Part shown: one piece after another, positions 19,054 to 28,700 of the stretch
Layout of the letters: each line of letters starts with the position of its first letter
How positions within the stretch are numbered: position 1 is the stretch's first letter
Source of the DNA: an uncultured Rikenellaceae bacterium
Lineage (GTDB): Bacteria; Bacteroidota; Bacteroidia; Bacteroidales; VadinHA17
Assembly: GCA_964613785.1 (NCBI GenBank)
Contig: CAZTJT010000023.1
Span: forward strand, 1,824 to 65,823
Length of the DNA: 64,000 bases
Reading direction: 5' to 3'
Notes under the pieces: model-generated
The model's input: only the letters and a program-made list of their open reading frames with translations
Database searches by the model: none
Told to the model about the DNA's origin: nothing
Made by a program: the position numbers and the translations under genes

Positions 19054-19105
19054 AGATTTTTATATTGGTTTTTTTGGGTATACTGAAATCATCGCTTGTA
19101 GTTCC

Positions 19106-19816
19106 ATGGGAAATAGTTATTTCAATTTCAAGCAGTTCTCTGTCTGTCAGGAAAGGTCGCCATTTAAGGTGGGGACCGATGGTGTTTTGCTTGGGGCAAT
19201 CGCAGATGTAAAGGGTAAAAAAAGAATTCTTGATGTCGGAACAGGCACAGGGCTTATCGCCTTAATGCTTGCACAGCGATGCGATGCTGAAATCGTGGCT
19301 ATTGAGCCCGACAAGGAATCATTTGAGCAGGCATCGGAGAATGTGCTCAAAAGCAGGTGGTCTGGCAGGATAAGTGTCATTAACATCAGCATTCAGGATT
19401 ATAAGGACCCAGGAGAAGGATTCGGCCTGATCGTTTCAAATCCTCCTTATTTCATCGATTCGATGAAAAATCCTGATCCTGCCAGGGCTAAGACGCGGCA
19501 TAACCTCACGCTCGCACATACAGATATATTAACCGGAGCCGGCCGATTGCTGCTGGATGACGGGGTCCTTCAGTTGATAATGCCATATACGGAAGGGACC
19601 GTTTTCATGGCAGAGGCAGTCAGATATGATTTCTTCTGCAGCCATATACTTAAAATCAGGTCCACGCCAGCCTCTGGAATAAGAAGGCTTGTCCTGACAT
19701 TTTCACGGGAAAGGAAAAAAGTCCGGGAACAATTCCTTACGATAGAAAGCGGAAAGAGGCATGATTTTACGGATGACTATAAAAATCTTACAAGAGATTT
19801 TTACCTGAAATTTTAG
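19106..19816 (+). CDS. trmN: tRNA1(Val) adenine(37)-N6-methyltransferase
   Basis: FNFKQF...KVGTDGVLLG, LDVGTGTG, SNPPYF (YfiC/TrmN6 signature). Confidence 0.92.
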   Translation: MGNSYFNFKQFSVCQERSPFKVGTDGVLLGAIADVKGKKRILDVGTGTGLIALMLAQRCDAEIVAIEPDKESFEQASENVLKSRWSGRISVINISIQDYKDPGEGFGLIVSNPPYFIDSMKNPDPARAKTRHNLTLAHTDILTGAGRLLLDDGVLQLIMPYTEGTVFMAEAVRYDFFCSHILKIRSTPASGIRRLVLTFSRERKKVREQFLTIESGKRHDFTDDYKNLTRDFYLKF

Positions 19817-19880
19817 GAAATGAATAATTATTCAATACGAGACTTCTAAGACACAGATAATCACCTGCTTGGATCTGCAG

Positions 19881-19915
19881 TTCTTTGTGTATCCTCCGTA
19901 GATCTTTGTGTAACC
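19881..19915. repeat. Short degenerate CTYTGTGT periodic repeat between convergent genes (related tracts at 40443-40482 and 54391-54430)
   Basis: CTTTGTGTAT-CCTCCGTAGAT-CTTTGTGTAAC; about 9-11 nt periodicity. Confidence 0.45.
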
Positions 19916-21253
19916 TTAGAATATCATCAACTCACTTTCAGGAAGACCGGATTCTTCTTTCATTTCGATGCCAAGCTTACCTAATTCCCTGAGCACCGGA
20001 TTGTAAATCTGCGGCACAACGGGCCTGTGCACACCCGCAAGGTTTATTTTATTCTCAAGCAACAGTCTTGCAGCGATGGCTGCAGGCAAAGCCACTGTTC
20101 TTGCTATTGCTGTATTTGATGATGGCGATCCGAAATCAAGCAAAGAGGATTTAATCACCTCCCTTTTACCGGAAGGGTAACCGGCAAGGAACACGTGCTG
20201 CATCGCAACCATATCGCGGTCATCTTCACCGAGGGTCATCAGTTTTATCATCCTGCCGGCCGTTACTTCCATAGGGCTTATTTCCTCATGATCCATTATT
20301 TCATTGCTGAAGATTCCCAGGAATTCCAGAGCCTTGAAGGGTATGGAATCTTTACTGATCCCAAGTTTCGTTTGCAGGTATGTTGAAAGATCAGTGTTTT
20401 TTGTGCCGGCTCTTTCTGCAAAATAATCCGCATATGACCTCCCCTTGCAGGATATTACTTTTTCATCAAGCATATTCAGGCGTTTCATGATGTCGAGTGT
20501 CTCACACCAGCCCTTATACCTGAAAGTACCTCTGTACATGGTGGTCACTTCAGGAATGCCATAAATGTCAATATAGCTTATCGAGTCTCTGTTTGGGTAG
20601 ACCTCCATTTCACCTATACCCGGGAAGGTATAGGTGAAGCGGTCCCTGAAGAGATTTTCCGCCGCAATGAATATTTTCTGTTTGTCCTTAAGGTAGAGTG
20701 CACTGTTTCGGCTTGCAAGGATCACTCCACGGGGGCTCCAGGAGAATTTGTATTTAAAAGGATTGTCAGCTGCTTCAGGTGCCGGGAGGGCTCCGCACAG
20801 AGAAAAAAATTTTTCTATGCTTCCGCCATTGCCATGCACATGGTCTATTATTTTCATGGCCGACATGTGGTCAATACCAGGATCAAGTCCGATCTCATTA
20901 AGCAGCAGTACTCCCTTTTTTCTTGCCTCAGTGTCAAGGGCCATCATTTCAGGGTTGACATAGGAAGTAGTGACCAGATGTTTCCCGATATCGACACATA
21001 GTTTTGCCACCTCGGCATGGAACCTGAAAGGAAGGAGTGAGACAATAACATCATGTTCGGAGATCATCCTGGTAAGTGTAAGGGTATCATCCATTGACCA
21101 ATAGACAGATCTGCCAAGTGGATTGCCGCCGATCATTTCATCAGCCCTTTCCTTCATAGGCGATGCCACCAAAATAGAAATTCTCTTTTCAAGAAGGTAT
21201 TCCACAAGCGGCTTTGACACAAGCCCGGCCCCAAGGACAAGAACCTTTTTCAT
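19916..21253 (-). CDS. Saccharopine dehydrogenase/reductase (NADP, L-glutamate-forming; LYS9-like)
   Basis: ATG 21253 MKKVLVLGAG; LVTTSY, NEIGLDPGIDHM, SLCGALPAP, YKFSWSPRG, YPNRDS, RGTFRY, ARTVALPAA. Confidence 0.92.
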   Translation of the reverse strand: MKKVLVLGAGLVSKPLVEYLLEKRISILVASPMKERADEMIGGNPLGRSVYWSMDDTLTLTRMISEHDVIVSLLPFRFHAEVAKLCVDIGKHLVTTSYVNPEMMALDTEARKKGVLLLNEIGLDPGIDHMSAMKIIDHVHGNGGSIEKFFSLCGALPAPEAADNPFKYKFSWSPRGVILASRNSALYLKDKQKIFIAAENLFRDRFTYTFPGIGEMEVYPNRDSISYIDIYGIPEVTTMYRGTFRYKGWCETLDIMKRLNMLDEKVISCKGRSYADYFAERAGTKNTDLSTYLQTKLGISKDSIPFKALEFLGIFSNEIMDHEEISPMEVTAGRMIKLMTLGEDDRDMVAMQHVFLAGYPSGKREVIKSSLLDFGSPSSNTAIARTVALPAAIAARLLLENKINLAGVHRPVVPQIYNPVLRELGKLGIEMKEESGLPESELMIF

Positions 21254-21470
21254 TTCATTATTTCTTAAAACTTCTCCAATGTAAATAATGCAAATCAATT
21301 AAACCATGATTTATATTTGAATCTGTGCTTTACAGCTTCATCAACGTGAATCAACGTTTCAGTATTTATTATAAGCATTCTGACAATAACATTTGGGAAG
21401 CACAGGATGAAACAGAATGCTAAATTGACAGGTATATATTCTTAAGTTCTTCAGAGCTGAAAAAATAGAT

Positions 21471-21478
21471 TATCTTTG
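21471..21478 (+). promoter_or_regulatory. -7 box (TATCTTTG) for mutS
   Basis: TAnnTTTG match 35 nt upstream of ATG 21514. Confidence 0.5.
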
Positions 21479-21513
21479 TTTATCATCATAGGTACCAAAT
21501 GTCCCTGCTTTAA

Positions 21514-24129
21514 ATGTTCATTCCTGAAGAACAGAAGTATGTTGAAACACCGCTGATGAAGCAGTATTACAACGTCAAGTCGAAGCATCCTGACGCCATA
21601 CTCCTTTTCAGGGTAGGAGATTTTTATGAGACGTTCGGGGAAGATGCGATAAAAGCTTCGGAAATACTTGGAATAACACTGACCAGAAGAGCAAATGGCT
21701 CAGCATCTTTTGTCGAGCTTGCCGGATTTCCATATCATGCACTTGATAATTATCTGCCACGGCTTGTAAGGGCTGGGCAAAGAGTTGCTATCTGTGAGCA
21801 GCTTGAAGATCCGAAGCTGGCAAAAAAAATAGTGAAACGTGGTATAACTGAACTTGTAACACCAGGCGTCTCGTTTAATGAGAATGTCCTTAATCACAGG
21901 GAGAATAACTTTCTTGCCGCAGTTCATATTGACAGGAAGAGTGCAGGTGTTGCTTTCCTGGATATTTCTACCGGAGAGTTCCTTGCCTCGGAAGGTACTA
22001 TGGAATACATAGATCAGATGCTTAGTAACTTCCAGCCAAAAGAGGTTCTTTATGAGAAAAGGAAAAGTGATCAGTTTCAGGAGGCTTTCGGAACAAAGTT
22101 TTATACTTACAAGCTCGACGACTGGATATTCACTATAGAGGCTGCAAATGACCGATTACTAAAACAGTTTGAAACCAGCTCATTAAAAGGGTTTGGAATA
22201 CATAACCTTACATTTGGAATAGTAGCTGCAGGCGCAATACTTTATTATCTCGACATTACGCAACATGCTCAGCTCAGTCACATCACAGGAATTTCCAGGA
22301 TTGAAGAAGACAGGTATATATGGCTCGACAAGTTTACCATACGAAACCTCGAACTTTTTCATTCACCCTACGAAGGGGCAAGAACTCTTATTGATATTAT
22401 TGACCGGACTATTTCCCCTATGGGAAGCAGGCTTCTGAAAAGATGGGTGTCATTACCGCTCAAAGACATAAAACCTATCAATGACCGGCTTGATATTGTA
22501 AGCTGCTTTGTGTCTGATCCATTACTCAAGAAACAGGTTGCTGAACTGGTAAGGCAGATCGGAGACCTTGAGCGACTTATTTCAAAAGCTGCTGTAGGAA
22601 GGATCAATCCGAGGGAAGTGGTGCAGCTTAAAAGGGCATTGAGAGCCATAGAGCCGCTTAAAGAATTATGCGCAAAAAGTGGTTGCGTGCCGCTGACAGC
22701 TCTTGGTGATCAATTGAATCCCTGCAGGGCGGTTGCCGACAGAATAGAAAGGGAACTGAACGTTGATCCTCCTTCACAGATAATCAGGGGACAGGTTATT
22801 GCCAGCGGAGTATCGGAGGAACTCGACGAACTCAGAAGATTGCTGTATTCTGGAAAGGATTATCTGACCGATCTTCAGCAGCGTGAAAGTGAAAGAACCG
22901 GGATTACATCATTGAAAATCAGTTACAATAATGTTTTCGGATATTATATTGAAGTCAGGAATACTCATAAAGACAAGGTTCCCCCGGAATGGATCCGGAA
23001 GCAGACTCTTGTCAGTGCAGAGAGATATATTACAGAAGAACTGAAGGAGTATGAGAGCAAAATACTTGGTGCCGAGGAGAAAATCCTGAATCTTGAAACC
23101 AGGTTGTTCAATGACCTTGTTCTTGCCATACTTGAATATATTCCTCCGGTGCAGGTCAATGCCAGCATTATTGCAAGGATCGACTGTCTTTATTCATTTT
23201 CCTGCGTTTCTGATGAAAACAATTATGTTCGACCTATACTTGACGATTCATTGAGTTTGGATATCAGGGACGGAAGGCACCCTGTAATTGAAAAGCAACT
23301 TCCTCCCGGAGAATCATATATACCTAACGATCTTAGTCTGGATCCTGAAAACCAGCAGATTATAATCCTTACCGGGCCAAACATGTCGGGAAAATCAGCA
23401 TTGCTCAGGCAGACAGCATTGATTGTTCTTATGGCCCAGACAGGATGCTTTGTACCTGCAAGAGAGGCAAGAATAGGCATAGTCGATAAGATATTCACCA
23501 GAGTTGGAGCTTCCGACAACATAAGCCTTGGAGAGTCCACATTCATGGTAGAGATGAATGAAACAGCAAGCATTCTGAATAACCTGTCTGACCGGAGTCT
23601 TATACTATTGGATGAAATCGGCAGGGGAACAAGTACTTATGACGGAATTTCCATTGCATGGGCAATTGTAGAATATCTTCATGAGAACAAACACAGGGCA
23701 AAAACACTTTTTGCCACTCATTATCATGAGCTTAATGAGATGGAGAATTCTTTCGTAAGGGTCAGAAACTACAATGTTTCAATAAAAGAATTCAATAACA
23801 AGGTAATATTCCTCAGGAAACTCAGGCGCGGGGGAAGTGAACACAGCTTTGGCATTCACGTTGCACGTATGGCAGGCATGCCCAAGAGTGTTGTTTCAAG
23901 GGCAGATGAGATCCTTAAGGAACTGGAACAAAGTCATGATAAACACGAACTCACAAAGCCGATCGCAAATATTGCCGATCACAGAGAAGGATTGCAGCTG
24001 AGCTTTTTCCAGCTTGATGATCCTGTACTGAAACAAATCAGGGATGAGATCCTTGACCTCGATCTGGACAATCTTACACCGGTAGAAGCACTGAACAGGC
24101 TTTATAACATTAAAAAGTATCTCAAATAG
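21514..24129 (+). CDS. mutS: DNA mismatch repair protein MutS
   Basis: [15 protein letters not shown], Walker [32 protein letters not shown]. Confidence 0.98.
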   Translation: MFIPEEQKYVETPLMKQYYNVKSKHPDAILLFRVGDFYETFGEDAIKASEILGITLTRRANGSASFVELAGFPYHALDNYLPRLVRAGQRVAICEQLEDPKLAKKIVKRGITELVTPGVSFNENVLNHRENNFLAAVHIDRKSAGVAFLDISTGEFLASEGTMEYIDQMLSNFQPKEVLYEKRKSDQFQEAFGTKFYTYKLDDWIFTIEAANDRLLKQFETSSLKGFGIHNLTFGIVAAGAILYYLDITQHAQLSHITGISRIEEDRYIWLDKFTIRNLELFHSPYEGARTLIDIIDRTISPMGSRLLKRWVSLPLKDIKPINDRLDIVSCFVSDPLLKKQVAELVRQIGDLERLISKAAVGRINPREVVQLKRALRAIEPLKELCAKSGCVPLTALGDQLNPCRAVADRIERELNVDPPSQIIRGQVIASGVSEELDELRRLLYSGKDYLTDLQQRESERTGITSLKISYNNVFGYYIEVRNTHKDKVPPEWIRKQTLVSAERYITEELKEYESKILGAEEKILNLETRLFNDLVLAILEYIPPVQVNASIIARIDCLYSFSCVSDENNYVRPILDDSLSLDIRDGRHPVIEKQLPPGESYIPNDLSLDPENQQIIILTGPNMSGKSALLRQTALIVLMAQTGCFVPAREARIGIVDKIFTRVGASDNISLGESTFMVEMNETASILNNLSDRSLILLDEIGRGTSTYDGISIAWAIVEYLHENKHRAKTLFATHYHELNEMENSFVRVRNYNVSIKEFNNKVIFLRKLRRGGSEHSFGIHVARMAGMPKSVVSRADEILKELEQSHDKHELTKPIANIADHREGLQLSFFQLDDPVLKQIRDEILDLDLDNLTPVEALNRLYNIKKYLK

Positions 24130-24177
24130 ACTTTTTGTTGTAAGGCACTTTTTTTGAGTTATTAAAAATCACCTGTC

Positions 24178-25551
24178 ATGATTACAGTTATCATTCCTGC
24201 ATTAAATGAAGAGAAAACCATTAGAGAAGTCATTTCACTTGTCAGTTCATCACCACAGGTTGATGAAATCCTTGTTATTGATGATAAATCCAGCGACAAT
24301 ACAATTAAGCGGTCGAGGTTACCCAAAGTAAGGATATATACAAGCCCGAAACTTGGGAAAGGATCGTCAATAAGGGAAGGTATTATGCTGTCGAAAAATG
24401 AAGTTGTTGTTCTGCTTGATGCTGATATCCTGACTTATCCTGAAAATATTGTGGAATTGCTGACAGATCCAATTCTTAAAGATGAAGCCGATTTTGTGAA
24501 ATCGACTTTTTCCCGGCAGGCTGGTCGCGTAACTGAACTCGTGGCAAAACCACTTCTAGGGATTCTGTTTCCTGATCTCAGCAGATTTTCACAACCCCTG
24601 AGCGGGATGTTCGGTTGTAAAAAAAGCTTTATGAAAAAGGTCGATATTGAAAATGACTATGGAGTGGACGTAGGCATACTTCTCGACATGCACAGGATTG
24701 GAGCCAGGATAAAGGAAGTCAATATAGGATATATCGAGAACAGGATGCAGACATGGGAACAACTGGGGAAAATGTCGAGGGAAGTTTCAAAAGCAATACT
24801 AAAACGTGCAAGGAAAATTGACATTGGCAACCTTGAAACACTTGAAAACATAAGTGTAATAAGGGATCAGATGGATTATGCCATCCGGGAAAGCCTTCTG
24901 GGGCTTGAAAAGATGATAATTTTCGATATGGACAACACAATTTTCGAGGGAAGCTTTATAACGACAGCTGCTGAAGAATTTGATTTCAAAAATGAACTCA
25001 TCAGGATTATAACAGAATACAGTAACCCATATATCAGAACCAAATCGATAGCAAAGCTGATGCGTGGGAGGTCATTTGCCGAAATTATTGAGGTTGCCGA
25101 CAAAATAAAAATTGTTGATGATGCATCATACGTTATCAGGGAACTTAAAAAGAAAGGCTACGTATGCGGCATAATAAGTGACAGCTATGATATAGTGACC
25201 AATCATATCAAGAATAAACTCAAAATGGATTTCTCGGTAGGCAATGAGCTTGAATTCTCCAAAAGTATTGCTACAGGAGAGGTAAAAGTTCCTTCAGCAT
25301 TCATGAGAAATGAGCATAGCAAATGCAATCATGATTTCTGCAAATCAAACGTTCTTTTTCAGCTGGCAGGAAAATACAATATCGATGTTAGAAACATAAT
25401 ATCAGTTGGTGACAGTGAAAATGATATATGCCTCATTAAGGAAAGCGGAATAGGGATAGCATTCCGGTCTCAAAACAATTATCTTAACCTCGTTGCCGAC
25501 AGGATTATCACTGAAAAGAGCTTTATTCAAATTCTCGATATAGCTCATTAA
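24178..25551 (+). CDS. Fusion of a GT2 glucosyl-3-phosphoglycerate synthase-like domain and a HAD-IB (SerB-like) phosphatase
   Basis: N-half: IPALNEE, DADI, GRVTELVAKPLL, QPLSG, YGVDVGILLD. C-half from about 24910: IFDMDNT, ISDS, KSNVL, GDSEND. Confidence 0.85.
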   Translation: MITVIIPALNEEKTIREVISLVSSSPQVDEILVIDDKSSDNTIKRSRLPKVRIYTSPKLGKGSSIREGIMLSKNEVVVLLDADILTYPENIVELLTDPILKDEADFVKSTFSRQAGRVTELVAKPLLGILFPDLSRFSQPLSGMFGCKKSFMKKVDIENDYGVDVGILLDMHRIGARIKEVNIGYIENRMQTWEQLGKMSREVSKAILKRARKIDIGNLETLENISVIRDQMDYAIRESLLGLEKMIIFDMDNTIFEGSFITTAAEEFDFKNELIRIITEYSNPYIRTKSIAKLMRGRSFAEIIEVADKIKIVDDASYVIRELKKKGYVCGIISDSYDIVTNHIKNKLKMDFSVGNELEFSKSIATGEVKVPSAFMRNEHSKCNHDFCKSNVLFQLAGKYNIDVRNIISVGDSENDICLIKESGIGIAFRSQNNYLNLVADRIITEKSFIQILDIAH

Positions 25552-25619
25552 AAGAGTAAATCGCAGAATATTCTCGAATAATTTTTGCAATTTTGCAGCA
25601 GGTTCGAAATAAAAAAAAG

Positions 25620-26108
25620 ATGAGAATTAAAATATCTCTTCTGATTGTAGTAGTTCTGCTTGCAGTGTCGTGTGCAAGTTCAAAGAAGAGTAAGCAGACC
25701 GGTGAGAACCAGAAAACTGAAGATTACATTCCTGGAACCACTGCAAAAAAAACACTCATGCCTTCCTCACCTGTTGAGACAAAAGAGACTTTTGCCCCGG
25801 CAGAAACAGACAGGGAAGTGAAAGGCATCGAGAAGAAAATCATATCAGATGGTCAGGGCAAAATAAGTACCGAGAAATATTTTGTGATTGTAGGAAGTTT
25901 CCGTGAGCCGGCAAATGCCAGAAAACGTCAGTTTGAACTGGAAAAGGAGGGATTCAGATCTGAAATACTCAAAACAGAAGAGGGATTGTACAGGATTTCA
26001 GTTCTGGCAACCGATGATGCTAATGAGGCAAGAAGCGAAGTCAGGCGGATTTGGCTGATGTATCCACAATATTCAGATACCTGGATGCTGATCAGTAAAG
26101 AAAAGTAA
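25620..26108 (+). CDS. SPOR-domain lipoprotein
   Basis: ATG 25620; lipobox LAVSC; C-terminal YFVIVGSF...NA...YRISV...A...WML SPOR pattern. Confidence 0.88.
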   Translation: MRIKISLLIVVVLLAVSCASSKKSKQTGENQKTEDYIPGTTAKKTLMPSSPVETKETFAPAETDREVKGIEKKIISDGQGKISTEKYFVIVGSFREPANARKRQFELEKEGFRSEILKTEEGLYRISVLATDDANEARSEVRRIWLMYPQYSDTWMLISKEK

Positions 26109-26292
26109 AGTTGGCAGCTGACCTGTTCCTGATATCACTGGCTGGTAAAAATTTGTTTCTTTTTAAGTTACCGTAATACTGTGAAAGATTTATTTCAATG
26201 CAAGTATCTGTTTCAGTAACTTACAGGCGTCAGGCCTGAGATGAAGTATGTTTTTATAAATCCTTTTATCTTTTAAAAATTCAACCGATTAT

Positions 26293-28518
26293 TTAAATTA
26301 TTTCCTTTCGGTTAAGTGAATTTACAAATAATATGGTACCCAGGTTGTCATATCCACTCAGAACAGCTTCACCGGTTTGCTTCAACCCTTCAGTTCTGAA
26401 ACCTATAAGGGTAAGTGCTGCATTGGCTGACTTCTCATTTATTAAGGCTTTGGTGGTCCGACCCGGTTCTTCCAGGACTATTTCAATATTGTTCTCAGTA
26501 ATCGGAAGCCGGCCTGATTTTACAAGATAGGTCAGATCTCTTATTGTCTCTTCCTTTTGTTCTGGCCTGCATAGATCAAATACTTTAATATTTGACCTTT
26601 TCCAGTCAGGATGGCCTGCAATTATGAAACTGAGAAGTATTAACAGGCTTGAATTATCAGGATCACGTGAATCTATCCATACATGTATGCCGTTTCTGAA
26701 AATCATATCCTTACTGCTGGTGGCGAGAATACATATATCAAATTTACCCGCTCTGATAAGTCTTATGTTTTCGATTATTTCGGCAAGATTTTCAGCCTTC
26801 TCTTTATCGTATTCAAAAATCACCATATTGTTTTCCATGCCTGATATTCCAGGAATCTGGATTGCCTGCACCAGGGCCGAAGTGTAGGAAGGAGAGATGA
26901 TCGTGTCGACAAATACCTGATTCCTTGTTGTATCATAAATCTCTATAAGTTTTGAGAGCTCTTCCTCAGCCTGCTGGTGAGTTGCCTGTGAATAATATCC
27001 ATCAATACGGTGGAGATAAGTTCCAAAGCCATATCTGTACGATAACCAACCTAATAACTGAAATGCTTTTGCCCTCCTGAAAGAATCCTTGGATATGCAA
27101 ATAGCACTGGGCCTCCATTCTTTGGTTTTCTTCCTGCTGCCTGATTTCTGAAGAAATACCTGAAGGTTGCGGTTTATCTGAAATAGTGCGTTTGCAAAAA
27201 GCGATTCCAATCCATGTCGTTCCTGGTGAATATATTTTAAGTATGAATAAATTCCGGTCATTACTATTATCGATGCCAGAGCATAGGCGGAATTTATTTT
27301 GAACATTACCCATAATGCGATTATAAAACCTCCCAGTGAAAAATACCATCTCGACCTGAATGATGGCCTGTATGATGGAGATGAACCGAAATGGTTTAAA
27401 AATGATATCAGACAAAGTGAGCCGTAGGTTACCAGAAAGAACATAGATATGATTTCGGCAACTGCATTTACACTGCCCAGGGCTACAAAAACCAGGGCTA
27501 TCAATACTGTGACCAGTGAAGCATTTACAGGTTCATTATCTGATTTTCTGCCGTAAGCAAGCCACCTGTTTATTTTTTCAGACGGGAAGGACAGATCATT
27601 TCCCAGTGCCTGAAGGGTTCTTGGAGCCACCATAATTGACCCGAGAGCAGAGGATAATGTTGAAGCTGCAAGTCCTACAGGAATAATTATTGCTCCACCA
27701 ATAGCTATCCTGCTCATTATTAACTGATTATTAAGAAGGTCGGATGGAGATGCAGATATTGCAAGCTTGTAAATAATTGCCATATAAATAATCATTCCAG
27801 CAATAGCTGCAGCCGTAGTTCCAATAGGAATCGACCGGGAGGGATTTCTTAGGTCGCCTGACAGACCTACCCCTGCTGTGATTCCGGTAAATGCCGGGAA
27901 AACAATTGCAAAGACCACGAAAAAATTTCCCATATTTCGAATATCGCCAACGGGTAATTTGTTCCCTGAGGCCACTCCAAATTCGGTCTTTCCCAAAAAG
28001 AAAAGAATTAATGACAGTGCCAGAATACCTACGACTATATAAAGCGCTTTTACTCCAAGGTTAGCCCCCCTTTTCAATATTATAAAACCCAGGATGAGCA
28101 TAGAGGGAATGCTGATGACCTGTCGTGGCAGATTAATATTAAGCCTGTCGGCAAAATAATTAAATAGAAATTCAAATGACTCAGTAAAAGCAATCATGTA
28201 AAATGCAACACTGATTGCCTGAGATAAATAAAGGGCAATCCCAATGGTGGCCCCTATGTTTAATCCGAATGAGCGTGAGATAATGAAATATTCACCGCCC
28301 CCTTCAACACGCTTATTTGTAGATAATTCAGATATGGCGAATGCTGTTGGAAGGGTTAGTGAATGTCCCAGCAATATTATTAGTAACGCACCCCAAAACC
28401 CCAGAGTTCCGACTGCATATCCGAATCTGAGAAATAATATTGCTCCCAGGATAGTTGATATGGCTGTAAAAAAAACCGGACCTGTTCCGAAACGCTTAAC
28501 TGAATTATCGGGATTCAT
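26293..28518 (-). CDS. Cation-chloride cotransporter (SLC12/CCC) family protein
   Basis: ILGAILFLR, GGGEYFIISRSFG, FPAFTGITAG..LSGDLRNPSRSIP.GT, WRP-containing cytosolic C-terminal domain. Confidence 0.9.
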   Translation of the reverse strand: MNPDNSVKRFGTGPVFFTAISTILGAILFLRFGYAVGTLGFWGALLIILLGHSLTLPTAFAISELSTNKRVEGGGEYFIISRSFGLNIGATIGIALYLSQAISVAFYMIAFTESFEFLFNYFADRLNINLPRQVISIPSMLILGFIILKRGANLGVKALYIVVGILALSLILFFLGKTEFGVASGNKLPVGDIRNMGNFFVVFAIVFPAFTGITAGVGLSGDLRNPSRSIPIGTTAAAIAGMIIYMAIIYKLAISASPSDLLNNQLIMSRIAIGGAIIIPVGLAASTLSSALGSIMVAPRTLQALGNDLSFPSEKINRWLAYGRKSDNEPVNASLVTVLIALVFVALGSVNAVAEIISMFFLVTYGSLCLISFLNHFGSSPSYRPSFRSRWYFSLGGFIIALWVMFKINSAYALASIIVMTGIYSYLKYIHQERHGLESLFANALFQINRNLQVFLQKSGSRKKTKEWRPSAICISKDSFRRAKAFQLLGWLSYRYGFGTYLHRIDGYYSQATHQQAEEELSKLIEIYDTTRNQVFVDTIISPSYTSALVQAIQIPGISGMENNMVIFEYDKEKAENLAEIIENIRLIRAGKFDICILATSSKDMIFRNGIHVWIDSRDPDNSSLLILLSFIIAGHPDWKRSNIKVFDLCRPEQKEETIRDLTYLVKSGRLPITENNIEIVLEEPGRTTKALINEKSANAALTLIGFRTEGLKQTGEAVLSGYDNLGTILFVNSLNRKEII

Positions 28519-28631
28519 ATAGAAAGTTATTAAGACTGATTATTTTCATTATTATTCTTTATTATTCTTTGTTTATTACAGATGTCGTGGCATTCTATCT
28601 CACTTAAAAGGAAAATAAAGATAAATATTTC

Positions 28632-28674
28632 AATTATTTTTACTGTCAGTAAAAATTATTTGCAATCGGTTGGC
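28632..28674. promoter_or_regulatory. Near-perfect palindrome plus an adjacent LacI-like site upstream of the GH2-nagA operon
   Basis: ATTTTTACTG-T-CAGTAAAAAT (28636-28656), extending to 29 bp with one mismatch; TGCAATCGGTTGGC (28661-28674) has a LacI-type AAnCGnTT core. Confidence 0.5.
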
Positions 28675-28700
28675 TTAACAATCTTAAACATCTGAAATAT

